Source of the DNA: Vulcanimicrobiota bacterium
GTDB lineage: Bacteria > Vulcanimicrobiota > Vulcanimicrobiia > Vulcanimicrobiales > Vulcanimicrobiaceae
Assembly: GCA_963714015.1 (NCBI GenBank)
Contig: OY970223.1
Location: 2,432,001-2,496,000 of the forward strand
DNA: 64,000 nucleotides
Direction: 5' to 3'
In this document: one piece after another, positions 46,524-58,393 of the stretch
How the letters are laid out: the number at the start of each line of letters is the position of its first letter
Position numbering within the stretch: position 1 is the stretch's first letter
Notes under the pieces: generated by a model
Told to the model about the DNA's origin: nothing
The model's database searches: none
Seen by the model: only the letters and a program-made list of their open reading frames with translations
Position numbers and translations under genes: made by a program

Positions 46524-46742
46524 ACGGCGCTTCCAATGCGCAGCGGCACTTAAAGCGTCACATTGACCGTGCAATCTCGGGCATTCTAAGCCGTCGCTGA
46601 CACAAGCGGGCTGTTGGTATCCAGACCCGCAGACGGGCCTCGTTTGTGCTTCTGCGCCATGGCCCCATTACGGGTTCCCTATTAGGCCCTTTTATTGGAA
46701 AGTTTACCGTGCTTCACTCTTTGCAGTTATGGGAGCGTGAAA

Positions 46743-47910
46743 ATGCGGCTTGCATCGTTATGCGCACCTTTGGTTGCCGGGTTAGTCCTTTCGGGCTGCT
46801 CCGGATCAGGCGGCGCAACGCCAACGTCGAGACTCAATTCGGGGCTGTACATGCCCGTGAGCGCCGGCACCGGCATTGCACAGGCCCCAGCCGAACGGCA
46901 AAACGCTCGCTCTTTGATAGCGATAAAAGAGATCAGCTTACCAGATCATATGTCCATGCCGCCTTTGCTTGCGGTTTCCGCCACCGGCGCCGTCTATTTT
47001 AATGAGGGGAATTCCGGAACGCGGTATTACCAAGGAAAATACCGCTTTACCAAATGCGCTCAAATCAAAGATTGGTCGCCTTTTTCATCAGAACCGCAGT
47101 TGATGGCGGTCGATGCTGGTGGTACCGCTTTCTGGACATGCACGTATCAATTTAACCGTTCAATGACAATCATGGGAACGATCCAGCGCGGCGCGAACGG
47201 CGGGTACGCAAAGGATTGGGCCGGCACGCAGATTGTGCAGAACCTGTCCGGAGCCGACAATCTACCGTATTTTGATATGTTTATCGACACGGCCGGTTCG
47301 GTCTGGATCGCGGGCGCCAGCGTCGACTATTCCAGTGCGCTTAACGTAGCGACCAAGAACGGCCAACTGTACGAAATCGATCCCCCTAAAGAGGCTGTCT
47401 CCAGTTTTGCCGAAGACGCCCATGGAAAGGTGTGGGCCTCCGCATTTATTTGTCCGAACGCCATTTACGAGTATGTCACGGGGTGTAGCGGTGAGATAGT
47501 CAACTTCGATACAACGGGCAACATCGTCCAACGCTTTTCGGTGTCAACCAGCGGAGTCGGCGGCATGACCTTCGACAAGGACGGAAACATCTGGTTCACG
47601 GACCAAGGAAACAATGAGATCGCTGAAATGAGCCCCGGCGGTACTCTGGAAAACGCGTACCCGATCCCGACCGCGTCGAGTATGCCGATGCGAATTGTCC
47701 TGGGGCCCGGCGGCGCGCTTTGGTTTACCGAAGCGGCTGCGAATAAGATCGGCCGGTTCTACCGCGGCACATTTACGGAATACCCGTTAACCGTGCCGAA
47801 CGCTCAGCCTTACGACATCGTCCTGTCGCCCTACCATCCAGCCGGCGGCGGCCGGCTGCTGTGGTTTAGCGAATACGATCACTTAGGGCGAATTACGATA
47901 AGGAGTGAGA
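46743..47910 (+). CDS. Lipoprotein with Vgb-lyase-like beta-propeller (3' end runs into an IS remnant)
   Basis: Lipobox LSGC; repeats DGNIWFTD..NNEI, GPGGALWFTE..ANKIGR, LWFSE...LGRIT. Confidence 0.75.
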
Positions 47911-47914
47911 TGCT

Positions 47915-48050
47915 GCCGAAATATGGCCGGGCGAATACAATGCGGAGCATCCACAGCGGCTCGGCGGGAAGACGCCTGAGGAATTCCTCGGAGTCTATGA
48001 AACTAAGCCAACTCCACAATTATGAGCTGCGTCATGACGGGGTCACCTTA
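47915..48050 (+). mobile_element. IS3-family transposase C-terminal remnant with degenerate right end
   Basis: From 47924: WPGEYNAEHPQRLGGKTPEEF...* resembles IS3 WR.EYN..RPH.SLG..TP.EF; followed by acggggtcacctta. Confidence 0.6.
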
Positions 48051-48391
48051 GACTGGAGTGCGTCGACCCAGTGTCATTCACAGCGGTTACGGACGACACA
48101 CACGAATACAGAAGTCGGCCGCGTCTTGGACCGGTATCACATGCGCGCCATGGCGGTCGATAGCATGTCGATCATGTGCCGCTGGCTTATCTGAGAGATA
48201 TTTGCCTCTCGCATAAGATCGTAGGCGGCGTTGGATACTATCCCGATGACGTGCACCTTCATATTGACTGCGGCCCGCGGCGGATTGGGAAGGACAGTGC
48301 ATTTAATCCGCATCCGCTCGTTGCCTTCTACGCAGCACCGCTGTCCGAAGAGAGCATCGTTCAATCCGCAAGGCTACGAAACTTTGCTTAG
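48051..48391 (+). pseudogene. Truncated YcbK/M15A-type Zn peptidase fragment
   Basis: Across frames: VIHSGY-RTTHTNTEVG...YHMRAMAVD-...GGVGYYP...HIDCGPRR; N-terminus missing at the IS end. Confidence 0.65.
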
Positions 48392-48461
48392 CCCGAGTTA
48401 CCCAACGCGTTAGGACGATCACCCCGTCGAAACGCGGCGATTACGGCACTATCTTAGATAT

Positions 48462-49412
48462 ATGTTCCGTTACACCTCAGGCACCGTCCTCGCGGCGGCG
48501 CTTTGCGCTTGTTCCTCACCCTTGGCAGCGCCAAATATCCTGCAGTCCCGTGCACAGCCCGAATCTGTAACGGCATCCGTTGCAAAAACGACCTGCACCC
48601 GGAATTGTCTGTACGTTACGGAACGGTTCGTGTGGCAACAATTCGCCCCGCCTTATAGCGCAGACTCGGCGCCGGTTTTCAGCCGCGACTCCAAAACGCC
48701 GCTCAGCGTAGCCGCCAGCGCGCAGTACCTGGCGGTTTCTCGCACCGGATCTGACGGCATCGAGCTCTACAAGCAACCGGCCGGCCCCGCGGCGCGCGTC
48801 TATGCAACGATCACAACGAGCGGCGTCCCGGGCTTCGGCGCATTTGACGCTCACGGGAACTTGTGGATTCCTATCGGCGGCGCGAAGGTGCAAGAGTTCA
48901 AGCCTCCGCTCTCCGGTACATCGAAGCCGGCAGTAACGATTTCGAAAGACGCCGCAGGTGCTGTAGCGGCGGTCGCGGATGCGTACGGGAATGTCTACGT
49001 CGTCGAGGACACGGGATCGAGTCCGCCGTCGATGCAGCTCGTCCGCTACTCGAAGCCCTACCCGGGTACGCCGATGATCATGCCGCTCAACGGCAACGCG
49101 TACGGAGAAGCTCTACGGGGCAAAACGCTCGCAGTCACCGAGTATTCCCAACCGGGATGCTACTGCTCCCAGCTCTACGTTTTCACGTTGCCGCTAACTC
49201 CGAACGACGGGTTTACAATCGGCTTGGGGAACGGAATACCCGGCGCTCCGGCTTTCGATGATCGCGGAGCATTCTTTCAGCCCTTTACGGAGGGACCGGT
49301 GGGTGGGACCGACCGCATCGACGTGTACACCTCATTGACCGCTTCAAGCAATCCCGCGTTCAGCATTACCAAAGGAATCACCATTCCGCACCAAGCTGCG
49401 TTCCTTCCCTAG
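48462..49412 (+). CDS. Secreted lipoprotein, NHL/beta-propeller-like
   Basis: Lipobox LCAC; repeats AFDAHGNLW, ADAYGNVYV, AFDDRG. Confidence 0.7.
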   Translation: MFRYTSGTVLAAALCACSSPLAAPNILQSRAQPESVTASVAKTTCTRNCLYVTERFVWQQFAPPYSADSAPVFSRDSKTPLSVAASAQYLAVSRTGSDGIELYKQPAGPAARVYATITTSGVPGFGAFDAHGNLWIPIGGAKVQEFKPPLSGTSKPAVTISKDAAGAVAAVADAYGNVYVVEDTGSSPPSMQLVRYSKPYPGTPMIMPLNGNAYGEALRGKTLAVTEYSQPGCYCSQLYVFTLPLTPNDGFTIGLGNGIPGAPAFDDRGAFFQPFTEGPVGGTDRIDVYTSLTASSNPAFSITKGITIPHQAAFLP

Positions 49413-49619
49413 TATAAGGAATTATCGCGATATGCGGGCCGGAAATCTCGAGCCGCCTGTGGAGGGCTTGCCGCAGCCTCGGCCGTCCGTACGTGCTGCG
49501 CGATTGCAAGTGCAGCGCTTCCGGTCGATCACCAAGCAGAATATCACTTTGTCGACGCTGCGAGGGCGAACGATTCAACCACGCATAGTAGCCCCTTGCG
49601 GAGACCTCAAAAAGAACGG

Positions 49620-49845
49620 AAGATCGTAGGAATCGATCGACGATTCCGGGCCTGGTACCCCTTCACAAATTCGAAGACCTGTTCGGCACGGGATTGGTTT
49701 CCCTAGCGAACGAGGCCGCGGCTTTTGCGAGGATGCCGGTTTCGAGCGCAAGGCGTTTATTCTCTTTGCGACTCAGTGCGGCGCGCTCATCGCTCGTTAG
49801 GCCATCGCTGCGAGATGCTGCATCCAAATCGATTTGCTTCGCAAT
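49620..49845 (-). mobile_element. IS3-family remnant (OrfA C-terminus / OrfB start junction)
   Basis: KQIDLDAA.RSDGLTSDERA.L.R.ENKRL.LE..ILAKAAA.FARE, then overlapping FEFVK.YQA. Confidence 0.7.
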
Positions 49846-49849
49846 CAAC

Positions 49850-50132
49850 GCACGAGACGCAGTTCGGCGAGGGTCGCACGTTGCTCGCATTGGCCAAAGG
49901 TGCCGACGGTAATATCTGGGGGTTCGGCAACACGAATAACTCGCTGTACGGCTACGAATTCAGAAGCAACGGAAGTATTGCGGTGCAATGTCCAATCGCT
50001 TCCCCGCTCAATGTTGGAGAAATCGCGGACGCGACGCCCCAGCGGCGCGGTGCATACATACAATCTGCCGTCGTACCTGATCCCCTATTCGTCGGCTGTT
50101 ATTACCAGCTTGTTGAGGTCACGAGCCCTTAA
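49850..50132 (+). pseudogene. Fragment of a Vgb-like propeller protein
   Basis: LAKGADGNIW motif; no N-terminus, abuts the IS3 remnant. Confidence 0.4.
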
Positions 50133-50141
50133 TAGACACCG

Positions 50142-52022
50142 TTAGGCGGAAATACGAATTCGGCGAGTCGTCGTGCTGCCGTTGTGGTGCTTCATCCAGT
50201 TTTCCAGAACGTACAAGTACCAGAGCTGCATAGGCGCGGTTTCGCCTTCGCGCAACGCCTGCAGCCTTCGTAGGACGGCCTGGCTTCGTATCCAGCCGTC
50301 GCGGTCCAGAATCGAATATTCGAACGCTTCCTCGACGTGTTTGCGCCATTTCCCTGCGATCCAGCGTTGCACCGGGATACCGAACCCGCGTTTTTTCCCG
50401 GATGCCAGGCGTTCGCCGATGTTTCTCCGCGCAATCTCGCGCAGAATTGCCTTCAATTTGCCGCGGTGCAACCGCACATCGTAGGGGAGCGCGCCGGCGA
50501 AGTTCCAGAGTTCTTGATCCAGGAACGGTGAGCGAGCTTCCAGACCGTGATACATTGTCGCGCCGTCGACCTTCGTCATGTACTCGCCGACGAATCGCGT
50601 CTCGCGTTCGTAGTCCAGGAAATCGCCAAGAACGTTGCGACCACTCTCGGCGCTCCAATTCAACTCTTTCAATGGCGAGCGAAGGCCGTCGAACTGCTCC
50701 CCAAGCATTCGATTGTGCGCGTACACCGCAAATTCATCTTGCGCGCTGATGATCGCTCCGAGGCCGCCGAATGCGTAATCCAGCAGATGCGCCGCACGCC
50801 CGGCGACGCTACGGCGCGGTACGATGGGCCGCATGACATTCCAAAGCGGTGCCGTGGCTCGGGGCATGGCTTGCCCAAGGCGTTGCGCCAGATAGAAATT
50901 CCGATGGCGTGGATAGCCTAGGAAAATATCGTCTCCGCCGTCGCCCGTGAGTACCACCTTCGCCTCGGTGCGGATGACTTTTGAGAGCGCCAGCATGCCC
51001 AAAGCCGAAGCGCAGGCGAACGGCTCCCCGAACGCAGCCGACAGGTCTCGTATGTTTTCAATCGTGTTGGGATCGGCGGTTAAGACGCGGTGACGAACGC
51101 CGAGTTCACGCGCCGTTTCACGCGCGTCGGCGGTCTCGTCCCATGGATCTCCGGGCGTGCCGATCGTGTACGTGGTGATATCGCCGCCTAAACGCGCCAC
51201 GGCCCAGCACAGCACTCCGGAGTCAATTCCGCCGCTCAATAATGCACCGACGGGGACGTCAGCGGACAAGCGCATCTCGACCGCCCGCAAGAACAGAGCC
51301 TCGGATTGCTCCACCGCTTCTTCAAAGTTGCTCTTCTGCTGCGAAGGGGCCGGCGGCTCCCAATAGCGCTGCAGGCTTAGGCGGCCGTTGCGAAATTCAG
51401 CGATGTGCGCCGCGGGAATTTTCCGAACGCCGCTATACACGCAACGGGCATCCGTCACGAATCCGAATTGCAGATACTCGGCGATCGCTTCGGGATCAAG
51501 CGGCCCGGCAAATCCGCCACACCGCAGCGCCTCTGCGGTGGATGCGAACGCGATGCCGCCGTCGCGCAGCGTGTAAAAAAGCGGCTTTACACCGAGCCGA
51601 TCGCGAACCAGAAAAAGCGCTTGCTCCGTCTCGTCCCAAAGAGCGAACGCGAACATGCCGTGCAGCCGAGCGACGAGTTCGTGCAAGCCCCACGCATCGT
51701 AACCGTGCACAAGCACTTCCGTGTCGGTTTCCGTACGAAAGTTGTAGCCGCGCGCTTCCAGCTGCCTTCGCAGATCGCGAAAGTTATAAATTGCGCCGTT
51801 GAACACGACGCCGAAGCATCCACCGGGCGCAACCATCGGCTGCGCGCCGGCTTCGCTTATGTCGAAAATAGCCAAACGGCGATGGCCCAGGACGGCCCGA
51901 TCCCATGTGCACAGACCGCCTCCATCGGGTCCGCGCCGCGAAAGCGTTTCGACCATCTGCTCGACGGCAAGAGACGTTTGGTGCGGATCGCCGTTAAGGA
52001 CGGCGCCGGCTATGCCGCACAT
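50142..52022 (-). CDS. asnB: Asparagine synthase (glutamine-hydrolysing) family amidotransferase, polysaccharide-associated
   Basis: MCGIAG, RGPD, GHRRL, NG.IYN, RDRLGVKPL, LSGGIDS, GDGGD, E.RSPFLD, KKRGF. Confidence 0.92.
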   Translation of the reverse strand: MCGIAGAVLNGDPHQTSLAVEQMVETLSRRGPDGGGLCTWDRAVLGHRRLAIFDISEAGAQPMVAPGGCFGVVFNGAIYNFRDLRRQLEARGYNFRTETDTEVLVHGYDAWGLHELVARLHGMFAFALWDETEQALFLVRDRLGVKPLFYTLRDGGIAFASTAEALRCGGFAGPLDPEAIAEYLQFGFVTDARCVYSGVRKIPAAHIAEFRNGRLSLQRYWEPPAPSQQKSNFEEAVEQSEALFLRAVEMRLSADVPVGALLSGGIDSGVLCWAVARLGGDITTYTIGTPGDPWDETADARETARELGVRHRVLTADPNTIENIRDLSAAFGEPFACASALGMLALSKVIRTEAKVVLTGDGGDDIFLGYPRHRNFYLAQRLGQAMPRATAPLWNVMRPIVPRRSVAGRAAHLLDYAFGGLGAIISAQDEFAVYAHNRMLGEQFDGLRSPLKELNWSAESGRNVLGDFLDYERETRFVGEYMTKVDGATMYHGLEARSPFLDQELWNFAGALPYDVRLHRGKLKAILREIARRNIGERLASGKKRGFGIPVQRWIAGKWRKHVEEAFEYSILDRDGWIRSQAVLRRLQALREGETAPMQLWYLYVLENWMKHHNGSTTTRRIRISA

Positions 52023-52024
52023 GG

Positions 52025-52974
52025 TTAGGCTGGACGCTCTCCTCGAGCGACGACTCCATTACCGCCGTACTCACACAAGATCTTGCACATTCCGAGATCT
52101 TCGAGCGAACGCCGAATCGCGCCGCGCGACCTCAGGTGTTTATACCAGTCCGTCAACGAATCGTGGGTGTCGAGCAACGACCATTCACGCTGCAAACGGT
52201 CCGAGAGTTCCGGATATTCGCGGTAATAGCAGCGAAGTGGTGAGATGCGCGACAGCAGCATGTTCAGGAACCGGTTATTCGCAAAGCGCTTGTGCCATGG
52301 GAGAAAAGCGTCCACGAGCGTATTCGTGACTTTTAGCGCGCGATCTGCGGGCAGGCGAATGAGCACTTGCCGCACGAGCGGAGCAATGTTGCTGAAGCGC
52401 CGCCACGTCAGCGCGTAGTGATCGATTACCAGGCTGCCACCCGCTTTTACGAACCGGAACAGCTGCCGTATAGTCTCCTCGGGACTTGGAGTGTGCTGAA
52501 TCACGCCCAGGCACAACACGACGTCGAACGTCTGATCGGCAAACGGTAGTTTCATAATGTCCGCCTGAGCGACGCGATGCTGCCGGCTAATCGGAAACTG
52601 CCGGGCGTTCGCATCTACTGCGTTGCTCAAATCCACGGACGTGACGAAAGCGCCGGTATCCAGCAGCACTTCAGTGAAGCGCCCGGCCCCGCAACCACAT
52701 TCCAGGATACTCTTGCCGGAGAGCGAGTCCCAAAGATCGGGTCCCATCGCGTGCTTCAATCGATTTCGAGTTATGGGCACGCCCGTGTACGAATCGAGTG
52801 CGTCCGATCGTAGACGTTCCATTGCAGGCCGAAGTGATCGACATACGTCGAGCTGCGTGCGAAGCGCGGAATGTCGCGGTCGATTGCGTAGGTGTGGCCG
52901 CCGTCGCAGCGAAGCGCGACGTTCCCGTCGAAGTGGAGGCGGCCCCCATCCTGCGGGCAATGCCAAGGCGGCAT
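52025..52974 (-). CDS. Class I SAM-dependent methyltransferase with N-terminal Trm112-like Zn ribbon (frameshift near 52810)
   Basis: CPQD...C..GH.Y.I...IPRF, FG.QW; LECGCGAGRF, FD.V.C.GVIQHTP. Confidence 0.85.
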
Positions 52975-53250
52975 ATGTTGCGACTCCTCAGGCTCAGTTG
53001 TCCGGACCGCGTCCACAAACATTCAGAATCCCCACTCCTGCCGCCGCAGCATTGTAAAGACACCCTCAACAATTGTAAAAAGCAAAAGCGCGGCCATCCA
53101 GACTCCAACAGGCAAATGAAGTGGGGTATTTGGACCCACCCTTGCGCCGGTAATGCGCCCGCAACGCTTTCTCTTCGCCTGAAGTCACCGGCCCTTAGGT
53201 CTTTTGGGCGGGGCTGCTCGTCCGGTCGTGCCGCGTTCCGTCAATTTTTA

Positions 53251-54324
53251 TTACGCTACAGCGGTCGTATACGAACCCGTGAGGGACTCGACGATCTTTT
53301 GCGCCGCGTGACCTTCGCCGTAGGGCGTGCCTTGACGCACCGGAGTAAGCCTTTTCGACGCTGCGGCGATGCGGCGAGGATCGCTGCCGGCAAGAACGTT
53401 CCAGCCGTCTTCCAGTGTCTCTAGCCACTCGGTCTCTTCACGAAGCGTGACGCACGGAACTTTCATCACGAAAGCTTCCTTTTGCAAGCCGCCGGAATCG
53501 GTGAAGACCGCGCAGGAACGTGCGACGAGCGCCATCATCTCGAGATACGGCTGCGGATCGCACAGAATGATGTTGTCGCCGTCTCCGGCGCCGGCTTCGA
53601 GTGCCACCGCCTTGGTACGCGGATGGACCGGAAAGACGATCGGAAAGGCAACGCTGCGCAGGCCTTCGAGTATGCGGCAGAATGTCTGACGATCGTCGGT
53701 ATTCGAGGCGCGATGCACGGTGGCTACGGCGTACTCGCGCGGACGCACGCCTAAACTGCTCAGAATTGCCGGACTATCGGGAATCTCGTGCGCCGCGCGT
53801 ATCGCCAAATCGACCATCAGGTCGCCGACGACCTGTACGCCGCGAGTGATGCCTTCCTTGGCGAGTTGCTCGGCCGCGCCCACGTTCGGCACGAAAAGCA
53901 TGTCGGCGACGTGATCGGCGACGATGCGGTTGACCTCTTCCGGCATCTCGCGGTTGAACGATCGCAGCCCGGCCTCCACGTGCGCAACCGGCACGTGTAA
54001 TTTCGCAGCGGCCAGCGCTCCGGCAAGGGTGCTGTTTGTATCGCCGTACACGAGCACCCAGTCAGGACGCTCTTCGACAATGACCGGCTCCAAGCGTTTG
54101 AGCATCTCGCCGGTCTGTGCGCCATGGCCCCCGCTTCCAACCGACAGATTGTGCTTCGGCTCCGGAATATGCAGCTGGCGGAAGAACACCTCCGACATCT
54201 CGGCGTCGTAATGCTGGCCTGTGTGAACCAAGACTTCGTCGACGCCGCGCCGCCCAAACTCGGCGCTCAGCAGCGCCGCCTTAACGAACTGGGGACGGGC
54301 ACCGACGACGCTCAGGACGCGCAT
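53251..54324 (-). CDS. wecB: Non-hydrolysing UDP-GlcNAc 2-epimerase family (WecB/WbpI)
   Basis: GARPQFVK, HTGQHYD, GDTNSTL, HVEAGLRS, PEEVNR, TDSGGLQKEA. Confidence 0.92.
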   Translation of the reverse strand: MRVLSVVGARPQFVKAALLSAEFGRRGVDEVLVHTGQHYDAEMSEVFFRQLHIPEPKHNLSVGSGGHGAQTGEMLKRLEPVIVEERPDWVLVYGDTNSTLAGALAAAKLHVPVAHVEAGLRSFNREMPEEVNRIVADHVADMLFVPNVGAAEQLAKEGITRGVQVVGDLMVDLAIRAAHEIPDSPAILSSLGVRPREYAVATVHRASNTDDRQTFCRILEGLRSVAFPIVFPVHPRTKAVALEAGAGDGDNIILCDPQPYLEMMALVARSCAVFTDSGGLQKEAFVMKVPCVTLREETEWLETLEDGWNVLAGSDPRRIAAASKRLTPVRQGTPYGEGHAAQKIVESLTGSYTTAVA

Positions 54325-55449
54325 CTACGCGCTGATTTTCTGCGCTAATCCGGACCGCACGGCATTCTGCACCGCCGCGATCACTTGATTCTGTACGTCC
54401 GCGCGCAGCTCCGGGAACATCGGGATCGAGATGACCTCCTCGGCGGCGCGTTCCGAGTGCGGAAAGGTTCCGCGCCCTTGTCCCAGCGACTCGTGCACCT
54501 TCTGCAGGTGCAGCGGCACCGGATAATAGACCATCGTGCTTACGCCGGCGTCGTGCAACTCACGCTGCACGCGATCCCGATCGCGGACGCGGAGCGTGTA
54601 CTGGTGGTAGACGTGCCGTCCCCCTTCCGGATCGGCGGGCGGCTGGATACCCAGATCCGCAAATGCCGCAGTGTATCGCGCGGCGGCGGCCCGCCGTTTC
54701 TCGATCCATTGGTCGAGGTGCGGCAACTTCACGCGCAAGACGGCGGCTTGGACCTCGTCCAGGCGGCTATTTACGCCGAGCTCTTCATGGTAGTACTTGA
54801 CGCGTCCGCCGTGCGCGCGCAGGCTTCGAGCACGCTCGGCGAGGGCTGAGTCGTTCGTGACCACCATTCCGGCATCGCCGTATGCGCCCAAGTTCTTGGA
54901 CGGAAAGAAACTGAAAGCTCCGAACTCGCCGAACGTTCCGACTGACCGGCGGCCGATCTTCGCCCCGATCGCTTGTGCGCAATCCTCGATGACCGCCAAG
55001 CCGTGCTTGGCCGCGATCTGCATAATGCGCTCCATCGGCGCAGGGCGGCCGTAAAGATGCACCGGAAGTATCGCTCGGGTGCGCGGCGTGATCGCGGCCT
55101 CGATGAGCTCCGGATCGATGTTGTACGTGAGCGGGTCGATATCGACGAAGACCGGCTTTGCGCCGACAATGCCTATCGCTTCGGTCGTCGCTACGAACGT
55201 GAACGGTACCGTTATGACTTCATCGCCCGCTCCGATGTCCAGTGCCCTTAGCGCCAAATGAAGCGCATCCGTGCCGGAGTTGAGGCCTACTCCGTAAGAG
55301 GCGCCGGCGTATGCGGCAACTTCCGTTTCCAGCGCCTTCACGTTGGCGCCGTTGATGAAGACGCCGCCCTCGAAGACGCGCTCCACCGCGTTCACCATGT
55401 CTTCGCGCAATGCGTGATACTGTTCTTTCAGATCGAGAATGGGGATCAC
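54325..55449 (-). CDS. DegT family aminotransferase, WbpE-like
   Basis: [43 protein letters not shown]. Confidence 0.92.
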   Translation of the reverse strand: MIPILDLKEQYHALREDMVNAVERVFEGGVFINGANVKALETEVAAYAGASYGVGLNSGTDALHLALRALDIGAGDEVITVPFTFVATTEAIGIVGAKPVFVDIDPLTYNIDPELIEAAITPRTRAILPVHLYGRPAPMERIMQIAAKHGLAVIEDCAQAIGAKIGRRSVGTFGEFGAFSFFPSKNLGAYGDAGMVVTNDSALAERARSLRAHGGRVKYYHEELGVNSRLDEVQAAVLRVKLPHLDQWIEKRRAAAARYTAAFADLGIQPPADPEGGRHVYHQYTLRVRDRDRVQRELHDAGVSTMVYYPVPLHLQKVHESLGQGRGTFPHSERAAEEVISIPMFPELRADVQNQVIAAVQNAVRSGLAQKISA

Positions 55450-56045
55450 TCAGACACCTTTCGTACGACGCCGTTTTGCTTTTCAAAGGCGCGGCCGCAG
55501 TCGCCGCACTCGGCTTCAGAGCCGTTGAATTCCAGCTTGACCCCGCATTCGCACGCGTAACCGTGAATCCGCGCCGGGTTACCGTACACGACCGCATAGG
55601 GCGGTACGTCCTTGGTTACTACCGAGCCGGCGCCGACGAACGCGTACTCGCCGATCGCGTTGCCGCAAACGATCGTTGCGTTTGCCCCGATCGATGCGCC
55701 CTTCTTCACCAGCGTCTTCAGGTAATCGCCGGCGGTGTTGCGCGGTGTGCCGCTGCGCGGCGTAAAGACGTTCGTGAAGACCATGCTGGGGCCGCAGAAC
55801 ACTTCATCCTCGAGCTCGACGCCCTCGTACACCGACACGTTGTTTTGAATCTTTACCCGGTTGCCGATGCGCACGCGAGGACCGATGACGACGTTCTGCC
55901 CGATGTTGCAACCGGCGCCGATCTCGCATCCCGGCAGGACGTGCGAGAAGTGCCAGATCTTCGTTCCATCGCCGATGTTGCTCGGCTCGTCCACGTACGA
56001 CGACTCGTGAACGAAAAACGCCTTCCTTTGCTCCGTAACGGTCAA
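55446..56045 (-). CDS. Hexapeptide N-acetyltransferase, WbpD-like
   Basis: [41 protein letters not shown]. Confidence 0.92.
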   Translation of the reverse strand: MTVTEQRKAFFVHESSYVDEPSNIGDGTKIWHFSHVLPGCEIGAGCNIGQNVVIGPRVRIGNRVKIQNNVSVYEGVELEDEVFCGPSMVFTNVFTPRSGTPRNTAGDYLKTLVKKGASIGANATIVCGNAIGEYAFVGAGSVVTKDVPPYAVVYGNPARIHGYACECGVKLEFNGSEAECGDCGRAFEKQNGVVRKVSE

Positions 56046-57046
56046 ACCAATGCCTCCAAAGTGAAAGAGTGAACCGTTGAACGCGCGTCGACCATCTCCA
56101 ATGCCTGAACGACTCGCAACCCTTCGTGGCCGTCCGTCGGGAACCGGCCGCCCCCGCGCAGCGCCCGCAGAAACGCCGCGAGCTCCAGCCGCAGCGGCTC
56201 GACGCTCTCGGCGCCGGGATCACCGAACTCCATCGCTTGCGTTTCCCCTCGCCAGAGTTCGGCTTCGCCGCGGGCGTTCAGGCGATCGCCGCACGGAGTG
56301 AACGTCAACGCCCCGCCCTCCCGATTGTCGATGAACGTGAGCGTACCGGCAGAGCCGAAAACGTCGATGCGCGAACTCTTATCGGGATCCAGCCAGCTCA
56401 CTTCGATATGAGCGCTTTGTCCGTTCGGAAAGGCGAAGTCGGCGTACGCGAAGTCGCCTACCCCCGGACGAACGAATTCACTCACCCAGCCGGTTGCGTT
56501 TACCGGCATATCCTCCATGATTGCGAGCATCAGCGCGCAGTCGTGCGGAGCGAAGCTCCACCAGACGTTCTCCTGGGACCGCAATCGTCCCCAACTCAGA
56601 CGTCGCGAGCGCAAATGCCGCGGACGGCCGATTTTACCGGCGTGGACGGCTTCAACGAGCGCGCTGACGGCCGGATGGTAGAGCAGCACGTGCCCGACGA
56701 AGAGCGTCACGCCCGCAGTATCCGCGGCTTCGACGACGCGTCTCGCATCTTCGACGTTCAGCGCGAGCGGCTTCTCGACGAAAACGTGTTTGTGCGCGGC
56801 GATCGCTTTGAGCGCAAGCTCGGCGTGCGCCGACGCCGGCGCTGCAATGATGACGGCGTCTACTTTGGCGAGCTGCAGCATCTGATCGACGTCCACGTAC
56901 AGTTGCACGCCCTCGTATTTGGCGCGCACGTCGTCGATCCGGTGCAAATCGGCATCGCACACCGCGGCGAGAACCCCCAGCTGATGACAGTTCCGGACCA
57001 GGTTCGCGCCCCAGTAACCGGCCCCGATAACGCCGACGCGCGGCAT
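56042..57046 (-). CDS. Gfo/Idh/MocA oxidoreductase, WbpB-like
   Basis: GAGYWG, HVFVEKP, VGH..LYHP, FAPHD. Confidence 0.88.
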   Translation of the reverse strand: MPRVGVIGAGYWGANLVRNCHQLGVLAAVCDADLHRIDDVRAKYEGVQLYVDVDQMLQLAKVDAVIIAAPASAHAELALKAIAAHKHVFVEKPLALNVEDARRVVEAADTAGVTLFVGHVLLYHPAVSALVEAVHAGKIGRPRHLRSRRLSWGRLRSQENVWWSFAPHDCALMLAIMEDMPVNATGWVSEFVRPGVGDFAYADFAFPNGQSAHIEVSWLDPDKSSRIDVFGSAGTLTFIDNREGGALTFTPCGDRLNARGEAELWRGETQAMEFGDPGAESVEPLRLELAAFLRALRGGGRFPTDGHEGLRVVQALEMVDARSTVHSFTLEALV

Positions 57047-57051
57047 TCGCC

Positions 57052-58386
57052 TCACAGCAAGACCACCTTCTCGCGGCCCACGGTGACGTTCTTGGTTGCG
57101 TTTCGCGTGTCGAGGACTAGTTTGGCCTGTTCGACCACGCGAGCGTAGTCGACATTGCTGTGATTGGTGAGGATTATCACGCAATCGGCTCGCTCGATGC
57201 GCTCCTTGGAAAGCGGGATCGAGTGCCACTGCCTTCCGTGTTCGACGAACTTTGCGACATACGGATCGTGATAGTCGATTCTCGCGCCGTCCTTGAGCAG
57301 CAGTTCCATCACTTTAACCGCAGGTGACTCGCGCCAGTCTTCGATGTCTTTCTTGTAAGCGACGCCCAACACCAGGATGTCGGCGTCCTTGAGCGGGCGA
57401 CCGATAGCATTCAGCGCGCGACTGAGCTTCTCACGCACGAAGTACGGCATGCCGATGTTGATCTCACCGGCCAGTTCGATAAAACGTGTGTGGAAATCGT
57501 ACTCACGCGCCTTCCATGCCAGATAGAACGGGTCCAGCGGAATGCAATGTCCGCCCACGCCCGGTCCCGGGTCGAAGCGCATGATTCCGAAGGGTTTGGT
57601 GCTTGCCGCGTCCAGCACTTCCCAAATGCTGATGCCCAACCGATCGCACAACAGAGCCATCTCGTTCACGAGCGCGATATTCACCGAGCGGAACGTGTTC
57701 TCGAACACCTTGCACATCTCGGCGACTTTCGGCGAGCTGACCTCGAGCACGTCGAGGATTGTCTGCTGGTAGAAGCAGCTGCCGACATCGCGGCAGGCCG
57801 CGGTGACGCCGCCCACGACCTTATTCGTGTTCTTTGTCGTGTACCGCGCGTTACCCGGGTCGACGCGTTCCGGCGAAAAGCAAAGAAAGAAATCTTCCCC
57901 CACTTTTAATCCCGATTGTGCGAGCAGCGGCAACAGCACTTCTTCAGTCGTCCCAGGGTACGTCGTGCTCTCTAGGCAGACGAGCTGCCCGGGACGCAAC
58001 TGGCCGGCGATCTGTTCCCCCACAGCTCGAATGTAAGAAATGTCCGGATCGAGGTTCGGGGTCAGCGGCGTTGGAACGCAAATGACGATGGCGTCGCACC
58101 GGGTGAGCGAATTGAAGTCCGAGCTTGCCAGAAGTTTGCCCGTCTCGACCATAGCGGCAAGTTCGCCATCGTCGACGTCGCGAATGTAGTTCAGACCTTC
58201 GTTGACTTGATCGACGCGCACGCTGTTGCGATCGTAACCGACGACGGTGAAGCCGACCTTGGCCTTTTCGACGGCAAGCGGCAGACCTACGTAGCCGATG
58301 CCGGCAACGCCGATCAGCGCAGTCTTTTCGGCAAATTTCTTCTTGAGTTGCTCGCGTAGACTTCCTGGGGCCTCAAGCAGTTCCAT
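57052..58386 (-). CDS. UDP-GlcNAc 6-dehydrogenase, WbpA-like nucleotide sugar dehydrogenase
   Basis: GIGYVGLP, ICVPTP, ESTTYPGTT, SPERVDPG, PGPGVGGHCIPLDP, AYKKDI.D.RESP. Confidence 0.93.
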   Translation of the reverse strand: MELLEAPGSLREQLKKKFAEKTALIGVAGIGYVGLPLAVEKAKVGFTVVGYDRNSVRVDQVNEGLNYIRDVDDGELAAMVETGKLLASSDFNSLTRCDAIVICVPTPLTPNLDPDISYIRAVGEQIAGQLRPGQLVCLESTTYPGTTEEVLLPLLAQSGLKVGEDFFLCFSPERVDPGNARYTTKNTNKVVGGVTAACRDVGSCFYQQTILDVLEVSSPKVAEMCKVFENTFRSVNIALVNEMALLCDRLGISIWEVLDAASTKPFGIMRFDPGPGVGGHCIPLDPFYLAWKAREYDFHTRFIELAGEINIGMPYFVREKLSRALNAIGRPLKDADILVLGVAYKKDIEDWRESPAVKVMELLLKDGARIDYHDPYVAKFVEHGRQWHSIPLSKERIERADCVIILTNHSNVDYARVVEQAKLVLDTRNATKNVTVGREKVVLL

Positions 58387-58393
58387 GGTTTTC

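Noticed and set aside
46743..47910. Streptogramin resistance gene vgb
   Set aside because: It is a lipoprotein with only generic propeller repeats; fold similarity does not support a resistance call.
55446..55560. C-terminal Cys cluster on the WbpD-like acetyltransferase as a novel domain
   Set aside because: A short Cys-rich tail is common in WbpD/WlbB homologs.
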